Positions 41,876 through 53,502 are shown, counted from the stretch's first letter. The stretch: 64,000 bases of DNA from Atribacterota bacterium (GCA_040767965.1 JAXGNR010000009.1:37955-101954); one strand, 5' to 3'. The notes: generated from the letters alone by a model not told the origin. Program-made: numbers and translations.

Positions 41876-42265
41876 CTGATATTGAGCTTATTTAACAGAT
41901 AATATGAAAAAATTCTCTCCATATTTTTCAAAACAATAAAGATAATAAAAAAGCAATAGAACAATATTGTATTGATTATCCAACCAATTTTACAACTACA
42001 AGTATTTTTTATATTAGAATATAAATATCCCGAAATTCCCGATTTATAATATATCAAAATATTTTTAAATTACTCCTGGAAAGCTGATTAGATCTGAGGA
42101 AATTAATCATAATTTTATTAACTATAAATAAAATATTAAATCACCATATTATCACCATATTTATTAGTATTGGCTAGTATTGGCTAAATAAGATATTTAA
42201 TTAAATGATATAATGTTTTTATAGAATATTAAAGTTGATAAATTATTGAATTCGGATATCAAGAG

Positions 42266-43615
42266 GTGAATTTAATGAAAATTATTATTATCGGCGCTGG
42301 CAAAGTAGGTATCCAAATAGCTAAAACTCTTTCTCTGGAAGATAATGATATTACCATAATAGATCAGAAAGAAAATATCAGACAGGAGATAGATGATACT
42401 ATTGATATTATGGCAGTTGTTGGTAATGGAGCTGATGTAGATGTTTTGGAAAGCGCAGGTATTAAAGAGGCGGAAATGCTTATTGCGGTAACTCAATCTG
42501 ATGAAATCAATATAATAGCATGCATGATGGCTCAGCAATATGGAGTAGCTAAAAAAATTGCCCGAATCAGAAAAAGAGAATATTTAAACAAAAAATTTCT
42601 TTCTAAAGAGAAGCTGGGCATAGATTATATTATTAATCCTGAACTGGTTACAGTAAATGAAATTGTTAAACTTCTAAATACCCCTGCCAATGTCAGTGAA
42701 GTGCTTGATATTGCAAATGGTGAGATTTCTCTTTTTGGAATGAAAATTGAAGAGGATTGTCAATGTACAAGCGAAAAGATTAAAAATATTCCTTTTGGAG
42801 AAGGTACTTTGATGGTATCTATTTATCGCGGCAATAAGTTAATTATTCCGGATGGAGAAGAAAAATTGTTAGTAGATGACAGAATATACGTATTAATGAA
42901 AAAAGGCAGATACAATGATTTACAATTATTCTGTAAAAATAAAACCTGTGTCTTAAAAAATGTTATTATCTTTGGCGGAAGCAATATTGGCATTCAGATT
43001 GCTTCTTTATTGAGCAAAGCCGGGATTATTACCAAAATAATTGAAATTAATAAGCAAAAATGTGAGGAAATATCTGAAATCTTACCAGATACGTTAATTA
43101 TTAATGGAGATGGCACTAATATAGATTTACTCAAAGAAGAAAATATCGACACAGTTGATGGATTTGTGGCTGTAACCGGTTACGATGAAGAAAATCTATT
43201 GGTATCTTTACTGGCAAAACATCTTGGCAGTAATAAAGTTATTGCAAAAATCAGCAGAGCTAACTATATTCCTATTTTAAAAAAAATCGGCATTGATGCA
43301 GTGGTTAATCAGCAATTAACAACTACTTCGGCTATATTAGATATCTTAAAAAAAGAAGAAGGAAACTATGTTGCTTTATTAAAAGAGGGTGAATCTGAAA
43401 TTGCAGAATTAGTTGCTCAAAAAAGAAGTAGAATTCTTAATAAGTCTTTAGATAGAACAAATCTTCCCAAAAATACAATTATTGGAGCAATTATCAGAAA
43501 TGAAGAAGTTTTTGTTCCTCATGGGGACGATTTCATTGAAGAAGGGGATAGGGTAATATTATTCACTAAATCTGCAGAAATTAAACAAATAGAGCAGCTT
43601 TTTTATGAAAGATGA
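42266..43615 (+). CDS. trkA: Trk potassium uptake protein TrkA (two RCK domains)
   Basis: Rossmann motifs IIIGAGKVG and IFGGSNIG. Confidence 0.85.
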   Translation: MNLMKIIIIGAGKVGIQIAKTLSLEDNDITIIDQKENIRQEIDDTIDIMAVVGNGADVDVLESAGIKEAEMLIAVTQSDEINIIACMMAQQYGVAKKIARIRKREYLNKKFLSKEKLGIDYIINPELVTVNEIVKLLNTPANVSEVLDIANGEISLFGMKIEEDCQCTSEKIKNIPFGEGTLMVSIYRGNKLIIPDGEEKLLVDDRIYVLMKKGRYNDLQLFCKNKTCVLKNVIIFGGSNIGIQIASLLSKAGIITKIIEINKQKCEEISEILPDTLIINGDGTNIDLLKEENIDTVDGFVAVTGYDEENLLVSLLAKHLGSNKVIAKISRANYIPILKKIGIDAVVNQQLTTTSAILDILKKEEGNYVALLKEGESEIAELVAQKRSRILNKSLDRTNLPKNTIIGAIIRNEEVFVPHGDDFIEEGDRVILFTKSAEIKQIEQLFYER

Positions 43616-43683
43616 TAGAATTTAAATCTATTTTTTAAAATACGACTAGAGAATAAGGGAAAAATGTAACAGGAGGATGTTAA

Positions 43684-44013
43684 ATGTCAGAAAGAAGCAG
43701 AGTCAGAATTACTGTGGCAAAAATGTTAAGTACTGATGATGTATTTGGTGATAATCGTGAACAGGAAACCATTGATGATTATGTAACCAAATGTCCTAAA
43801 TTCCAGGAAGGACAGGAATTTATCGTGGAAAAGAATCTTGAAAAACCAGATAATTTTTGCAGCTGGGCCTGGAATGATATTCAAAGAGATGTAGTGGTGT
43901 TGAGTTTTGGAGGTAAATTCCCCTGGATGAAAGATAATTTATCTGTCAATTATAGCTGCTGCACAGATGGATTAAGACCGGTTGTTTTCAGACTGGAAAA
44001 AATTGAGGAATAA
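43684..44013 (+). CDS. TIGR04076-like Cys-rich small protein
   Basis: 109 aa; CPKFQEGQEF, FCSWAWNDI, LSFGGKFPW, CCTDGLRPVVF. Confidence 0.55.
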   Translation: MSERSRVRITVAKMLSTDDVFGDNREQETIDDYVTKCPKFQEGQEFIVEKNLEKPDNFCSWAWNDIQRDVVVLSFGGKFPWMKDNLSVNYSCCTDGLRPVVFRLEKIEE

Positions 44014-44095
44014 CTAACCAGAAGAATCTTTTTATGGATTAATAAAAAATATTAATAGATTACAAGGGAGGGGGAATTTCCGAAAGAGATCCTCT

Positions 44096-44845
44096 CTAAA
44101 ACATTAATTGTAAGGCAGCAATTACAGTCATAGTTATAATAAATATTCTGTATTTTTTTTCGTTGATCCTTTTGGCAATGAATACACCGAGAAAAGAACC
44201 AAGAAATATAATGGGAATAACCAGTGGAATAATCTTGAGAGTTTGCCAGTTAATTGTATTCCATAAAAAGACATGAAAGGGAAGTTTTATCCAGTTCACT
44301 GCAAAAAAGAATACTGCTGTTACTGCAATATATTTATTTTTTTTGTATTGCATAGCCAGCAAATAAACTGCAAAAATTGGTCCTGCTGCATTGCCTATCA
44401 TAGAAGAAAAACCGCTTAATACTCCTATTAGAATATATAAAACCTTACTACTGCTAGGGATATTTGTACCATTTTTATTATTTTTAATTTCTTTATGAAT
44501 TAAAAAGGCAACACAAATAAGGATAACAATACTCATTATAAATTTAAATTGACTGTCATTAATTGAATTCCCCAGAATTGCACCTAAAATTACACCGGTT
44601 GCTGCTGGTAATAAAAGTCTAAAAACTTCTGTTAATTTTACATATTTTTTATAGAAATAAACACCAAATATGTCTCCAATCATTAGAATTGGAAGAATCA
44701 CTCCTGTGGATGCCTTCGCTCCAAAAATATGAGCCATTACAGCGACAGAAGGCAAGTTTATTCCTGGAAGCCCTGATTTGCCCATACCAATTGATAAAGC
44801 TACAAAAAAGAGTGCTACTAATTCAGCAATAGTAAAGCCTAACAT
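44096..44845 (-). CDS. TauE/SafE-family sulfite exporter-like membrane protein
   Basis: 249 aa polytopic protein with internal repeat typical of TauE/SafE. Confidence 0.75.
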   Translation of the reverse strand: MLGFTIAELVALFFVALSIGMGKSGLPGINLPSVAVMAHIFGAKASTGVILPILMIGDIFGVYFYKKYVKLTEVFRLLLPAATGVILGAILGNSINDSQFKFIMSIVILICVAFLIHKEIKNNKNGTNIPSSSKVLYILIGVLSGFSSMIGNAAGPIFAVYLLAMQYKKNKYIAVTAVFFFAVNWIKLPFHVFLWNTINWQTLKIIPLVIPIIFLGSFLGVFIAKRINEKKYRIFIITMTVIAALQLMF

Positions 44846-45223
44846 CTAAATAATTGTACCTCTTGCCATTTTAATCTTTCTAAAATAATATTAATTTTAA
44901 AGACAATTTATTTACTGAGATATTTTTGTTTCAAATATATATTCAGTTTAAAAATGATTCACAATTGAATATAATTTTATCGGTAAATATGTTCAACGAA
45001 ACTATTCTATGATATTTCTAATCAGAATGTCAACCGGATAAGTGCATTAACACCCAATAATTATTGTATTATAATTTATTAGGAGATGGATTGGAGATAT
45101 ATTCAATAAATATAAATTAGAAAAAAACAGTATATCTATAAGTTATCTGATTGAAAGTAGAATTTTGGTTGATTACATATAGATAAAAAATGGTTTTTTA
45201 CAAAAAAGAAAGAGGTAAATTTA

Positions 45224-46087
45224 GTGAAAAATGTTGTATCTGCACATTGGCTCCAAAAACATATTGATGATAAAAATATAGTAATCTTAGATTGCCGTTT
45301 TGATTTATATAATTCTGGATATGGGGGAAAAGCTTATCAGAAAAGCCATATAAAAAATGCAATTTTCTTAAATCTTGATAAAGAACTGGTAGGTTTGCAG
45401 GCAAAACATGGCGGAGCAAGACCACTGCCTGGCTTAAAACAAATAATCTCAGTCCTTAAAAGATATAATATTAACAAGAATAGCATCGTCATTGGTTATG
45501 ATGATCAAATGAATGCTGCTGCCAGGGTATGGTGGAGTTTAAAATATTTCGGATATAATAATTGTTACCTTTTAGATGGAGGCTTTAAAAACTGGGAAAC
45601 CAGTAGTTATCCGATTACCAGTGAGATCAAAAAATCTGCAATAAATTCAGAAAATATTGATATAAGTGTGAACGAAGATATGGTTTGCGAAATAGAGTAT
45701 GTCAAATTCAAAAAAGATCTTTCACATGTAGTTTTAATTGATGGAAGGGAAGAGATAAGATATACCGGAGAAAAAGAGAATCTTTATAAAAAAGCAGGTC
45801 ATATTCCTGGTGCTGTTAATTTCCCCGGCAGTAAAAATTTTCAAAAAAACGGATTATTAAAAGAGAAAAAAGAAATATCCAGGATGTGGAACTGGCTAAA
45901 ACCATATCAGGAAATAATCCTGTATTGTGGTTCAGGTATTGCTGCAAGTGTAAATTTCCTTGTATTAGATGAGCTTGGCTATTCCCCAAAGCTTTATATT
46001 GGTGGTTTTAGTGATTGGATTAGTTATTCTGAAAATGAAATTGCCAGAGGGAAGGAAGAAAAACAAAAGGGTAATTTAACTCATTAG
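45224..46087 (+). CDS. Rhodanese-domain sulfurtransferase (tandem rhodanese)
   Basis: GTG start; active-site-type loop LYCGSGIAAS in the second domain. Confidence 0.8.
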   Translation: MKNVVSAHWLQKHIDDKNIVILDCRFDLYNSGYGGKAYQKSHIKNAIFLNLDKELVGLQAKHGGARPLPGLKQIISVLKRYNINKNSIVIGYDDQMNAAARVWWSLKYFGYNNCYLLDGGFKNWETSSYPITSEIKKSAINSENIDISVNEDMVCEIEYVKFKKDLSHVVLIDGREEIRYTGEKENLYKKAGHIPGAVNFPGSKNFQKNGLLKEKKEISRMWNWLKPYQEIILYCGSGIAASVNFLVLDELGYSPKLYIGGFSDWISYSENEIARGKEEKQKGNLTH

Positions 46088-46308
46088 ATATTGACAAACA
46101 TAAAGAAATGGTAAATACTTTTAATAGTCTGCCTGAAAAAAAATATTATTACAGAATACCACAACTCCGAATTATCTAACCTAATGATAAAATACTATTT
46201 TTTTCTATGGTTAGATAATCAGTTATTATTTGTAAAATAACCAAGGGCAATTAAGGAAACTTAATTGCCTCCCATAATTGGAAAGGAGGGATACTTTGCA
46301 TGAAGTTC

Positions 46309-46340
46309 GTTTCCTGTAACAAGGAAGCGTTTTTTGTTTT
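46309..46340 (+). terminator. Intrinsic terminator
   Basis: CGTTTCC / GGAAGCG stem followed by TTTTTTGTTTT. Confidence 0.45.
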
Positions 46341-46385
46341 AAATATATTTTAATACTAAAAAATCAAAAAATTAGGAGTATAGAT

Positions 46386-47231
46386 ATGGAATTTGTAACA
46401 TTAAATAACGATATAAAAATGCCCATGTTAGGGTATGGTGTATTTCAGATTGCAGATGAAAAAATATGCGAACAATGCGTATCTGATGCCATTAAGGCCG
46501 GCTATCGTTCCATTGATACAGCAGCAGCTTATTTAAACGAAGAAGCAGTAGGAAGAGGTATTGAAAAAAGTGGAATACCCAGAGAAGAACTCTTTATAAC
46601 AACTAAAGTCTGGGTACAGGATGCCGGTTATGAAAATGCTAAAAAAGCTTTTGAAAAATCCATGCAAAAATTGCAGCTGGATTACCTTGACCTATATTTA
46701 GTTCACTGGCCTTTTAGTGATTATTATGGTTCCTGGAGGGCAATGGAGGAACTTTATAAAGAAGGAAGAATCAGGGCAATTGGTGTTTCTAATTTTTCCA
46801 GAGATCGCCTGTTTGATTTAATATTAAATAGCGAGATAGTGCCAGCAGTTAACCAGGTTGAAGTACATCCGTTTAATCAGCAGATAGAACAAAAGAAGAT
46901 CATGGATGACTTAAAAGTACAGATGGAATCCTGGGGGCCACTGGCACAGGGTAAAAACAATATTTTTAAAGATGAAATATTGTCTGCCATTGGAAAGAAG
47001 TACAGCAAAACTGTGGCTCAGGTAATCCTGCGCTGGCATATTCAACGTGGAGTTGTTGCTATTCCCAAATCTGCTACCAAAGAAAGAATTATAGAAAATT
47101 ATAATATATGGGACTTTCAATTAAGCCAGGAAGATATGGATGCTATTAAATCTTTTGATACAGGCAAACCTTTCCTGGACGGCACCAGCTTAGAGACTGT
47201 TAAAAGATTAAACAGCAGTAAGATCCATTAA
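46386..47231 (+). CDS. Aldo/keto reductase
   Basis: 281 aa; IDTAAAY and LVHWP motifs. Confidence 0.9.
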   Translation: MEFVTLNNDIKMPMLGYGVFQIADEKICEQCVSDAIKAGYRSIDTAAAYLNEEAVGRGIEKSGIPREELFITTKVWVQDAGYENAKKAFEKSMQKLQLDYLDLYLVHWPFSDYYGSWRAMEELYKEGRIRAIGVSNFSRDRLFDLILNSEIVPAVNQVEVHPFNQQIEQKKIMDDLKVQMESWGPLAQGKNNIFKDEILSAIGKKYSKTVAQVILRWHIQRGVVAIPKSATKERIIENYNIWDFQLSQEDMDAIKSFDTGKPFLDGTSLETVKRLNSSKIH

Positions 47232-47332
47232 CCATTAGCAGAATAATATTGAAAAATGTTTAATGAAAATATTGTTTTTACATCTACTAGATCTATTAAA
47301 ATAGGTTAAGGGTAATTTAAAAGCAGGGGAAA

Positions 47333-48790
47333 ATGGTTATAAAAAAGAAGAGAGTTATCCTGATTGTATGGGATGGACTAAGATCGGATTTTGTCAACAA
47401 AAGATTTACTCCAAACCTTTTTGAATTTGCCAGCAAAGGTGTTTTGTTTAAAAATCATCATTCAGTGTTTCCCAGCTGTACACGAGTGAACTGTGCATCA
47501 ATGGTTACCGGATGCTATCCCGATATGCATGGACTGATGGGCAATCAAATCTATATTTGTGATAAAAATCAGGATTTAAAGGTAATTTCAACCAGCAACT
47601 ACAAGCTTCTCAAGGAGTATAACAGACAAACTAAAGGGAATATGCTCCGAAAAACATCTATTACAGAAATTTTGAATGACCATCAAAAGAAATCTTTAGT
47701 ACTAAGTACTGGTTCGGGTGGTTCTGCTTATATCTTTGACCACAAAGAAAGCGGAGTGGTTATCAACAGCTCTTTTTGTTTCCCTGCAGAAATTTCTGAA
47801 CAATTAAGAAAAAAGATAGGGCCTTTCCCTGTTGAAGAAGTACCAAATAAAGAGCAAAACAAATATTTAGTACAGTCGTTTTTTAATTACTTTTTACCGG
47901 AAATGGACCCGGATTTAACTATTCTTTATTTGTGTGAACCGGATAAAACTCAGCACTATTATGGTATTGGTACTGTTCAATCCTGTCAGACAATTAAAGA
48001 CAATGACGACCTTTTTGGAGAATTTTTAATCGGACTTCAACAGTATAATTCTGTTAATGAAACAGATATCTTGATTACCTCTGACCATGGCGGTTCAACT
48101 ATTACAGGTACTGTTAACCCAGTCGATCTGTTAATTGAGGGTGGTTTTAAAGAAAATGAAAATTCAGACGATTTAACCATTGTTTCTTCAGATGGAAGCA
48201 TTGGTATATACCTGAAAAATTGGCAAAAAAATAAAATAATAGAAATAATTAAATACTTACAAGAACATGAATGGGTCGGACCCATCTTTTCAAAGACAGG
48301 AAGAGGAAAACTAGGATTAACTCCAGAGATAATGAATCTGGAGTTAATCAGATATAAAAATAATTTAGCTCCAGATTTATTGTTGTCTCTGAATTGGAAT
48401 ACAGGAAAAAATAAAAATGGCTTTCCCTGTGGAACCTATGCAGATACCTCCGTTTACCCTGTTGGCGGTGGAATGCATGGCTCTTTCAGCCCTTATGATA
48501 TGCACAATATTTTAATAGCGACAGGACCATCATTTCAATCCGGGTTGATAAGTAATTATCCTTCAGGAAATATCGACCTTGCTCCAACGATTTTATATTT
48601 ATTAGGATTAACCAACTCAGGAATGGACGGGCGCATCCTCGAAGAAGCATTTACTGGTTCTATCTTATTTTCAAAGGAACAATGGGAAGAGAAGATAATT
48701 GAAACAGAAGGTATTTCCTATAAACAAAGACTTGTAGTAAAAGAATTCGCAGGAAGGGAATATTTTACAATGTGTGAAGTAAACAAATGA
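47333..48790 (+). CDS. Alkaline-phosphatase-superfamily protein (nucleotide pyrophosphatase/phosphodiesterase-like)
   Basis: VWDGLRSD metal-binding N-terminal motif; SDHGG motif. Confidence 0.7.
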   Translation: MVIKKKRVILIVWDGLRSDFVNKRFTPNLFEFASKGVLFKNHHSVFPSCTRVNCASMVTGCYPDMHGLMGNQIYICDKNQDLKVISTSNYKLLKEYNRQTKGNMLRKTSITEILNDHQKKSLVLSTGSGGSAYIFDHKESGVVINSSFCFPAEISEQLRKKIGPFPVEEVPNKEQNKYLVQSFFNYFLPEMDPDLTILYLCEPDKTQHYYGIGTVQSCQTIKDNDDLFGEFLIGLQQYNSVNETDILITSDHGGSTITGTVNPVDLLIEGGFKENENSDDLTIVSSDGSIGIYLKNWQKNKIIEIIKYLQEHEWVGPIFSKTGRGKLGLTPEIMNLELIRYKNNLAPDLLLSLNWNTGKNKNGFPCGTYADTSVYPVGGGMHGSFSPYDMHNILIATGPSFQSGLISNYPSGNIDLAPTILYLLGLTNSGMDGRILEEAFTGSILFSKEQWEEKIIETEGISYKQRLVVKEFAGREYFTMCEVNK

Positions 48791-48846
48791 GCAATGAGAA
48801 ATTTTTGATTTTTAAGTTTTTTCAGGGAAGAAAAGTTATCACTTAT

Positions 48847-51800
48847 TTAAAATCTTAAATTTAAACCGAATTTAAAGCGATAATCGCTATCATTTATTGA
48901 AAAGCCTTCAAATTGAGTATTCAGTGACAGATCCGAAGAAACCTGATAATCAATACTGATGATTTTTTCACCTTGGAAATCTAAAGGGGTGGTATAACTA
49001 ATAAAAAAGTCATCACTTATATTTTTCCCTACCTCTAATTTTAAACTTGACAGATTCATCTTTTCAAATAAAAAGATACTGTCATCATCAGAAAATAAAT
49101 TTTCAGTTGATAATCTTAAAAAATCTAAACCAAGCTGTTGTGCCAATCCACTTTCTATTTGACGCAGTAAATTTATCTGAATGCTTTGAAACAGGATTTC
49201 TATCAATTCCTGAGAGAGTAACTGATTTAATTCTCCCTCAGAAAGGCCTTCAATGTTTCTTCCCAGGGCCAGTAGAGAGATTATTTCAGTCTCCAGCATT
49301 ACAGGCTGGGATGATAAACGTACCTGGGGCTGGGCTAAGTTACCGGAAACATCTATCATTATTAGAACATCCTGAACCATAGTCTCTGCCCTGGCGTTAA
49401 TATTAATATCATTAACTGTAAAGCCGTTAATTGCAGCTCGTCCTTCAGTGATATTAAATTGTCTTTCTAAATAAACCAGAGAACCTCTTCTTAAATTAAT
49501 GTTTCCCTGAATAGAAAGATCATCCAGTTGCCCGGTTAAAAGAGCGTTTCCGGTTATATAAATTTCGGCATTTGGAAGCCTCAATGTAAAAGGATCAGCA
49601 ATAACAATATTCATATCCAGCTGAACAGGTAGCGCAGGAGATTGACTATCCTGAGATTCAGGAATGAGCTCATCCAGATTAAATGCTTGTAGCTGGTTAA
49701 GATTCAAATGACCATTAGTTAAGTATAATTGGCTTTCTATCTCTAAAGCTGGCCATGAACCTTTAGTTTCTGCAGTAAAAATGATTTCACTTTCAATAAT
49801 ATTTTGAAAAGAAATCTTCTGCTGGATATTTTTAATAGAAATAGAAATATTTTCGGGATAAAAAGAAATGAATTCAAAATGACCTTCTAAAGTAAATTGA
49901 TTTTCAAATGCTGTTAATGGAATTGGTAAAATTATTACTTCATTATCATTAATCTCTATTCTGGTATCAACTTGTTCTAATTTAACCGGGAAATCTTTTA
50001 ATGACAGACCTCCTTCCTGAATATCAATATAGCCATTTAAAAGAGGCATACTGCTGGTACCGGTTAAACTAAGGTTCAGATCAATATTACCTGTATAATT
50101 TGCAAAGATATCTTTCCAGAAAAGATTTAATATATTCAAATCAGCTTGTTCCATTTTAATTTGAAAATCTAGCGGAAAATCCAACCCGGAAGAGGGAATG
50201 GCAGAAACCCGATCCTCTATAAAGAAAGAATCCAAGGGTAGATTGCCTTGTGCTACGATCTGATATTCTTCTTCTAAAGAAAGAATGAAATCTCTTACTT
50301 CTAAATTTCTATTCTGACTATTCCAGTAAAAATCGGCATGCAGGTCTTCAAATTTGAATTCTCTAAAATCACCTTCCTGCATTCGGGCTACTATTAAAAT
50401 CTCCGGCTGGGTAAGGATACCTTTTAAAGTTCCTTCAATATCCATGATTCCATTAGCCGTTTCTTGAGTGTCAATAAGCTGCAGCAGAGTTTTTATATCA
50501 AGTTGTTCTGCTTGGAAATTTATATCCAAAACCTGATCTAATCCAATACTTCCTTCTGCTCTCAGCTGACCAGCAGGTTGAATAAAGTGAAAATCAGAAA
50601 TAAAAAATCTTTGTTCCTGGTAAGAAATTTCTGCTTCTATTTCAGAAGCTAAAGAACTGTCTGGTATTTGAGGAAGAATCTGGAGAGATAGCTCCATCTG
50701 CTGCTTATCTTTATCCCCACTAAAAGCCACTCTTCCGTTTATATTTGAAGGTAAAAATTCTTTTAAACTATTATCTTCTAAAGGATAAAAAGATTCAACC
50801 AAATCAATAATATATTCAGAGGAAAATTCCGTTTCTCCGGAAAATTGGAAATCTTCTCCTATTTTTATTTTCCCATAAACCAGCAATTCCATCATTTCAT
50901 TTTTTAAATCTAATTCTTCCAGTAGTAGAGAATAAGTGTAACCATTTATGTTCAACAATGCAGATAAACTATCTTCACTTTCAACAGGGTAAAGGATGCT
51001 TTTTTCAGGCTGTAAGATAAAATTTGCTCTGCCATTTCCTAAAGGATAATTATCATAAAGGATTTCTTCTAATAAAAAATTCCCTGATAAAGTTAATACA
51101 GGCCATATTCCTTGAATTATCCCATTCCCGGATGTTGATCCGGATAGTGGAGTAGAAAATGTAAAAATTTGACCCAGATTTTCAATATTGATAGATTCTA
51201 ATTGATAGACAAGATCAACTTCAGGTGCATCAATTGTATTCAGGTTTATATTTCCAGAACTGGTAAGGTTTAATTCCTGATTTTTTATAGAAAAATCTTG
51301 CAAGGAAATGATATTATTTTGTAATGACAGGATTCCGTTTAAATTACCTAAATAATATTCTTGAAAAGATAGTTCCTGCAACCTGAATTCGGCAATAATA
51401 TCAGGATTACTGGCATTGCCGGTGATAGCAGCTTCTATCTCTGCACTACCTGCAATTTTTTGGTCAAAAGCCAAAACATTTATCAGATTGGAGATTTCCG
51501 GTGTTTGATATTCAATATTTAAGGCAAAGCGGGCAGTTTCAGCAAAGCTTATATTTCCTTCAATAAGTGCCAGATCATCTAACAATTCTATTTTGCCTTG
51601 CTGGATAGAAATAGTGTTTTTTGCAAGATTGACAGTTGATTTTAGCTCACCTGCCAAAGGATCAGCCAACAGGATATTGTTGATAACAAGTGAATCTATG
51701 GTAAATTGACCTTCAAGCTCCAGGAGGCTGCTGTTTCCCCAGGTATTTTCTATTTTAAAATTACTATCAAGATTTCCGGAAATATCTTTCAAACACGAAA

Positions 51801-53193
51801 ATTGATTAAACGCAGGGTGGTGCAAAGAGAAATTTGTTGTTTTTAAAAGTATTTGATAATAAGGTAATTCTTCAGACCAATCAATATGTCCCTGAACTGC
51901 CAAAGAAGATTCTGCATCTGCAGCAGTTAACGAATGAATAACAAGTCCATTTTTATTTACTGAAAATTCTAAATCAATATTTTGAAAATCAACATTTTCA
52001 ATATTAATTTTAGGAGAATATGCTTCTGCTCCTATCTGGAATTCCTCTGGCTGTCCTTGTATGGTGGCACTTAAATCAATATCTCCCTGAAAAGAAAAAT
52101 CTTCAAAGTCTGGCCAAAACAAAATTAAATCGCTTTTTAAAACAGCAGAATTTAAAATGGTACTTTTCAAATCAAGATCAACATATACTTCAGGTTCTGT
52201 TGAGATTAATCCGCTTAACTCAATGGTATTTCCCTTATAAAGTCCTTCTAGTTTAGAAATGGTTATTTCAGGTTTCAGGATATTTATAGAACCATGAATA
52301 TTATCAAGAGGAATTTCTTCTAAAAATAAAGGATTTGCCTGGACTTGATACAGGATTATCTCGCCCTGCCAAAAAGGAGTTTCGTCATCGTTTCCAGAAG
52401 ACAAGTTTAAATTAAGGTTAAGATCGAATTTCCCTTTATTTATATTGAATTCCTTCCCGATTTCCAGATAGTGCTGAAAATGGGTTAGGTCAGCATTCTT
52501 TAAAGTGAAGTTAATTGTATAATAGGGTTGATCAGCATAAATATTTCCATTTAAAATAAGTGTTGTGCTGTCTTCTTTATGATTTCCTTGAAAATCAAAG
52601 ATAATTTCAGGCAAATTTGACAAATCCAGATATCCATTAATATTTTCTACTTGTGTAGTTAATGCTTCTCTCTCATAAAAATATATCAGTTCATCATGCA
52701 AGGTTAAATGGCTATCCTGAAAATAAACGCGGTCTATAAATATATTCTGCTGATCTTCTCCAAATTCAAGATCAAATTTTTTTAATAAATCAAATTGACC
52801 GTCAATTTCTCTGACGACTTCCAGATAGGTATTGTAAATAGTGATGGCATGTATGTCGAGTTCCCAATTTTTCCAATCAAGAAGAGATAATACCAAATTG
52901 AAGTCAATTTTAACTTTTTCTGCCTGCAGTAAAATATCTTTTTTATCAGCTTGATCATTAAAAACAATAATTTTATTTACCTGCAACGATTGTAAAGAAA
53001 TATTATCCAGAGAATCAATCTCTACTCTTTTCCCCAGACTGCCTTCAAGCTGTGCTATCAGGAGAGATTTAATTTTGGGTTGTAAAAAATCACTATTTAA
53101 AAAATAATAAAAGACACCAATAATTAAGAGTATTGCTAATGCAAATATTAGAGAAAATATTATAAATTTACTATTTATTTTTATACTTATCAA
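48847..53193 (-). CDS. tamB: TamB/AsmA-like translocation and assembly module protein
   Basis: 1448 aa; N-terminal signal-anchor; long beta-rich repetitive body; intact single frame. Confidence 0.75.
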   Translation of the reverse strand: MISIKINSKFIIFSLIFALAILLIIGVFYYFLNSDFLQPKIKSLLIAQLEGSLGKRVEIDSLDNISLQSLQVNKIIVFNDQADKKDILLQAEKVKIDFNLVLSLLDWKNWELDIHAITIYNTYLEVVREIDGQFDLLKKFDLEFGEDQQNIFIDRVYFQDSHLTLHDELIYFYEREALTTQVENINGYLDLSNLPEIIFDFQGNHKEDSTTLILNGNIYADQPYYTINFTLKNADLTHFQHYLEIGKEFNINKGKFDLNLNLNLSSGNDDETPFWQGEIILYQVQANPLFLEEIPLDNIHGSINILKPEITISKLEGLYKGNTIELSGLISTEPEVYVDLDLKSTILNSAVLKSDLILFWPDFEDFSFQGDIDLSATIQGQPEEFQIGAEAYSPKINIENVDFQNIDLEFSVNKNGLVIHSLTAADAESSLAVQGHIDWSEELPYYQILLKTTNFSLHHPAFNQFSCLKDISGNLDSNFKIENTWGNSSLLELEGQFTIDSLVINNILLADPLAGELKSTVNLAKNTISIQQGKIELLDDLALIEGNISFAETARFALNIEYQTPEISNLINVLAFDQKIAGSAEIEAAITGNASNPDIIAEFRLQELSFQEYYLGNLNGILSLQNNIISLQDFSIKNQELNLTSSGNINLNTIDAPEVDLVYQLESINIENLGQIFTFSTPLSGSTSGNGIIQGIWPVLTLSGNFLLEEILYDNYPLGNGRANFILQPEKSILYPVESEDSLSALLNINGYTYSLLLEELDLKNEMMELLVYGKIKIGEDFQFSGETEFSSEYIIDLVESFYPLEDNSLKEFLPSNINGRVAFSGDKDKQQMELSLQILPQIPDSSLASEIEAEISYQEQRFFISDFHFIQPAGQLRAEGSIGLDQVLDINFQAEQLDIKTLLQLIDTQETANGIMDIEGTLKGILTQPEILIVARMQEGDFREFKFEDLHADFYWNSQNRNLEVRDFILSLEEEYQIVAQGNLPLDSFFIEDRVSAIPSSGLDFPLDFQIKMEQADLNILNLFWKDIFANYTGNIDLNLSLTGTSSMPLLNGYIDIQEGGLSLKDFPVKLEQVDTRIEINDNEVIILPIPLTAFENQFTLEGHFEFISFYPENISISIKNIQQKISFQNIIESEIIFTAETKGSWPALEIESQLYLTNGHLNLNQLQAFNLDELIPESQDSQSPALPVQLDMNIVIADPFTLRLPNAEIYITGNALLTGQLDDLSIQGNINLRRGSLVYLERQFNITEGRAAINGFTVNDININARAETMVQDVLIMIDVSGNLAQPQVRLSSQPVMLETEIISLLALGRNIEGLSEGELNQLLSQELIEILFQSIQINLLRQIESGLAQQLGLDFLRLSTENLFSDDDSIFLFEKMNLSSLKLEVGKNISDDFFISYTTPLDFQGEKIISIDYQVSSDLSLNTQFEGFSINDSDYRFKFGLNLRF

Positions 53194-53502
53194 AATTATC
53201 CCTTATTATCCCTTAATATATTCATTGATAAAACTAATATTAACCGGCAGAATATTATTTTATATTTTTTAAAATTCCACATAAATAGCAGGCAGAATAA
53301 CTATAAATATTATAGCATATCAATTTTTTGATTATCAGATAATGCACTTGTGTAAGATTTACTGTTAATTTTTTTAAAAAATTAATGAAAATATGTCGAA
53401 AAAGAGGTGGTTTTCTACAAAGCTAAAAATATATCATAAATAGCTTTAGTACAGCTTTTTGAATATATTTTTAGCTTTGTAATTGTTTCTAATAAGATAT
53501 AT

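Noticed and set aside
48037-49382. ORFs 48037-48285 (minus) and 49047-49382 (plus)
   Set aside because: Antisense to the AP-superfamily and tamB-like genes respectively; no motifs
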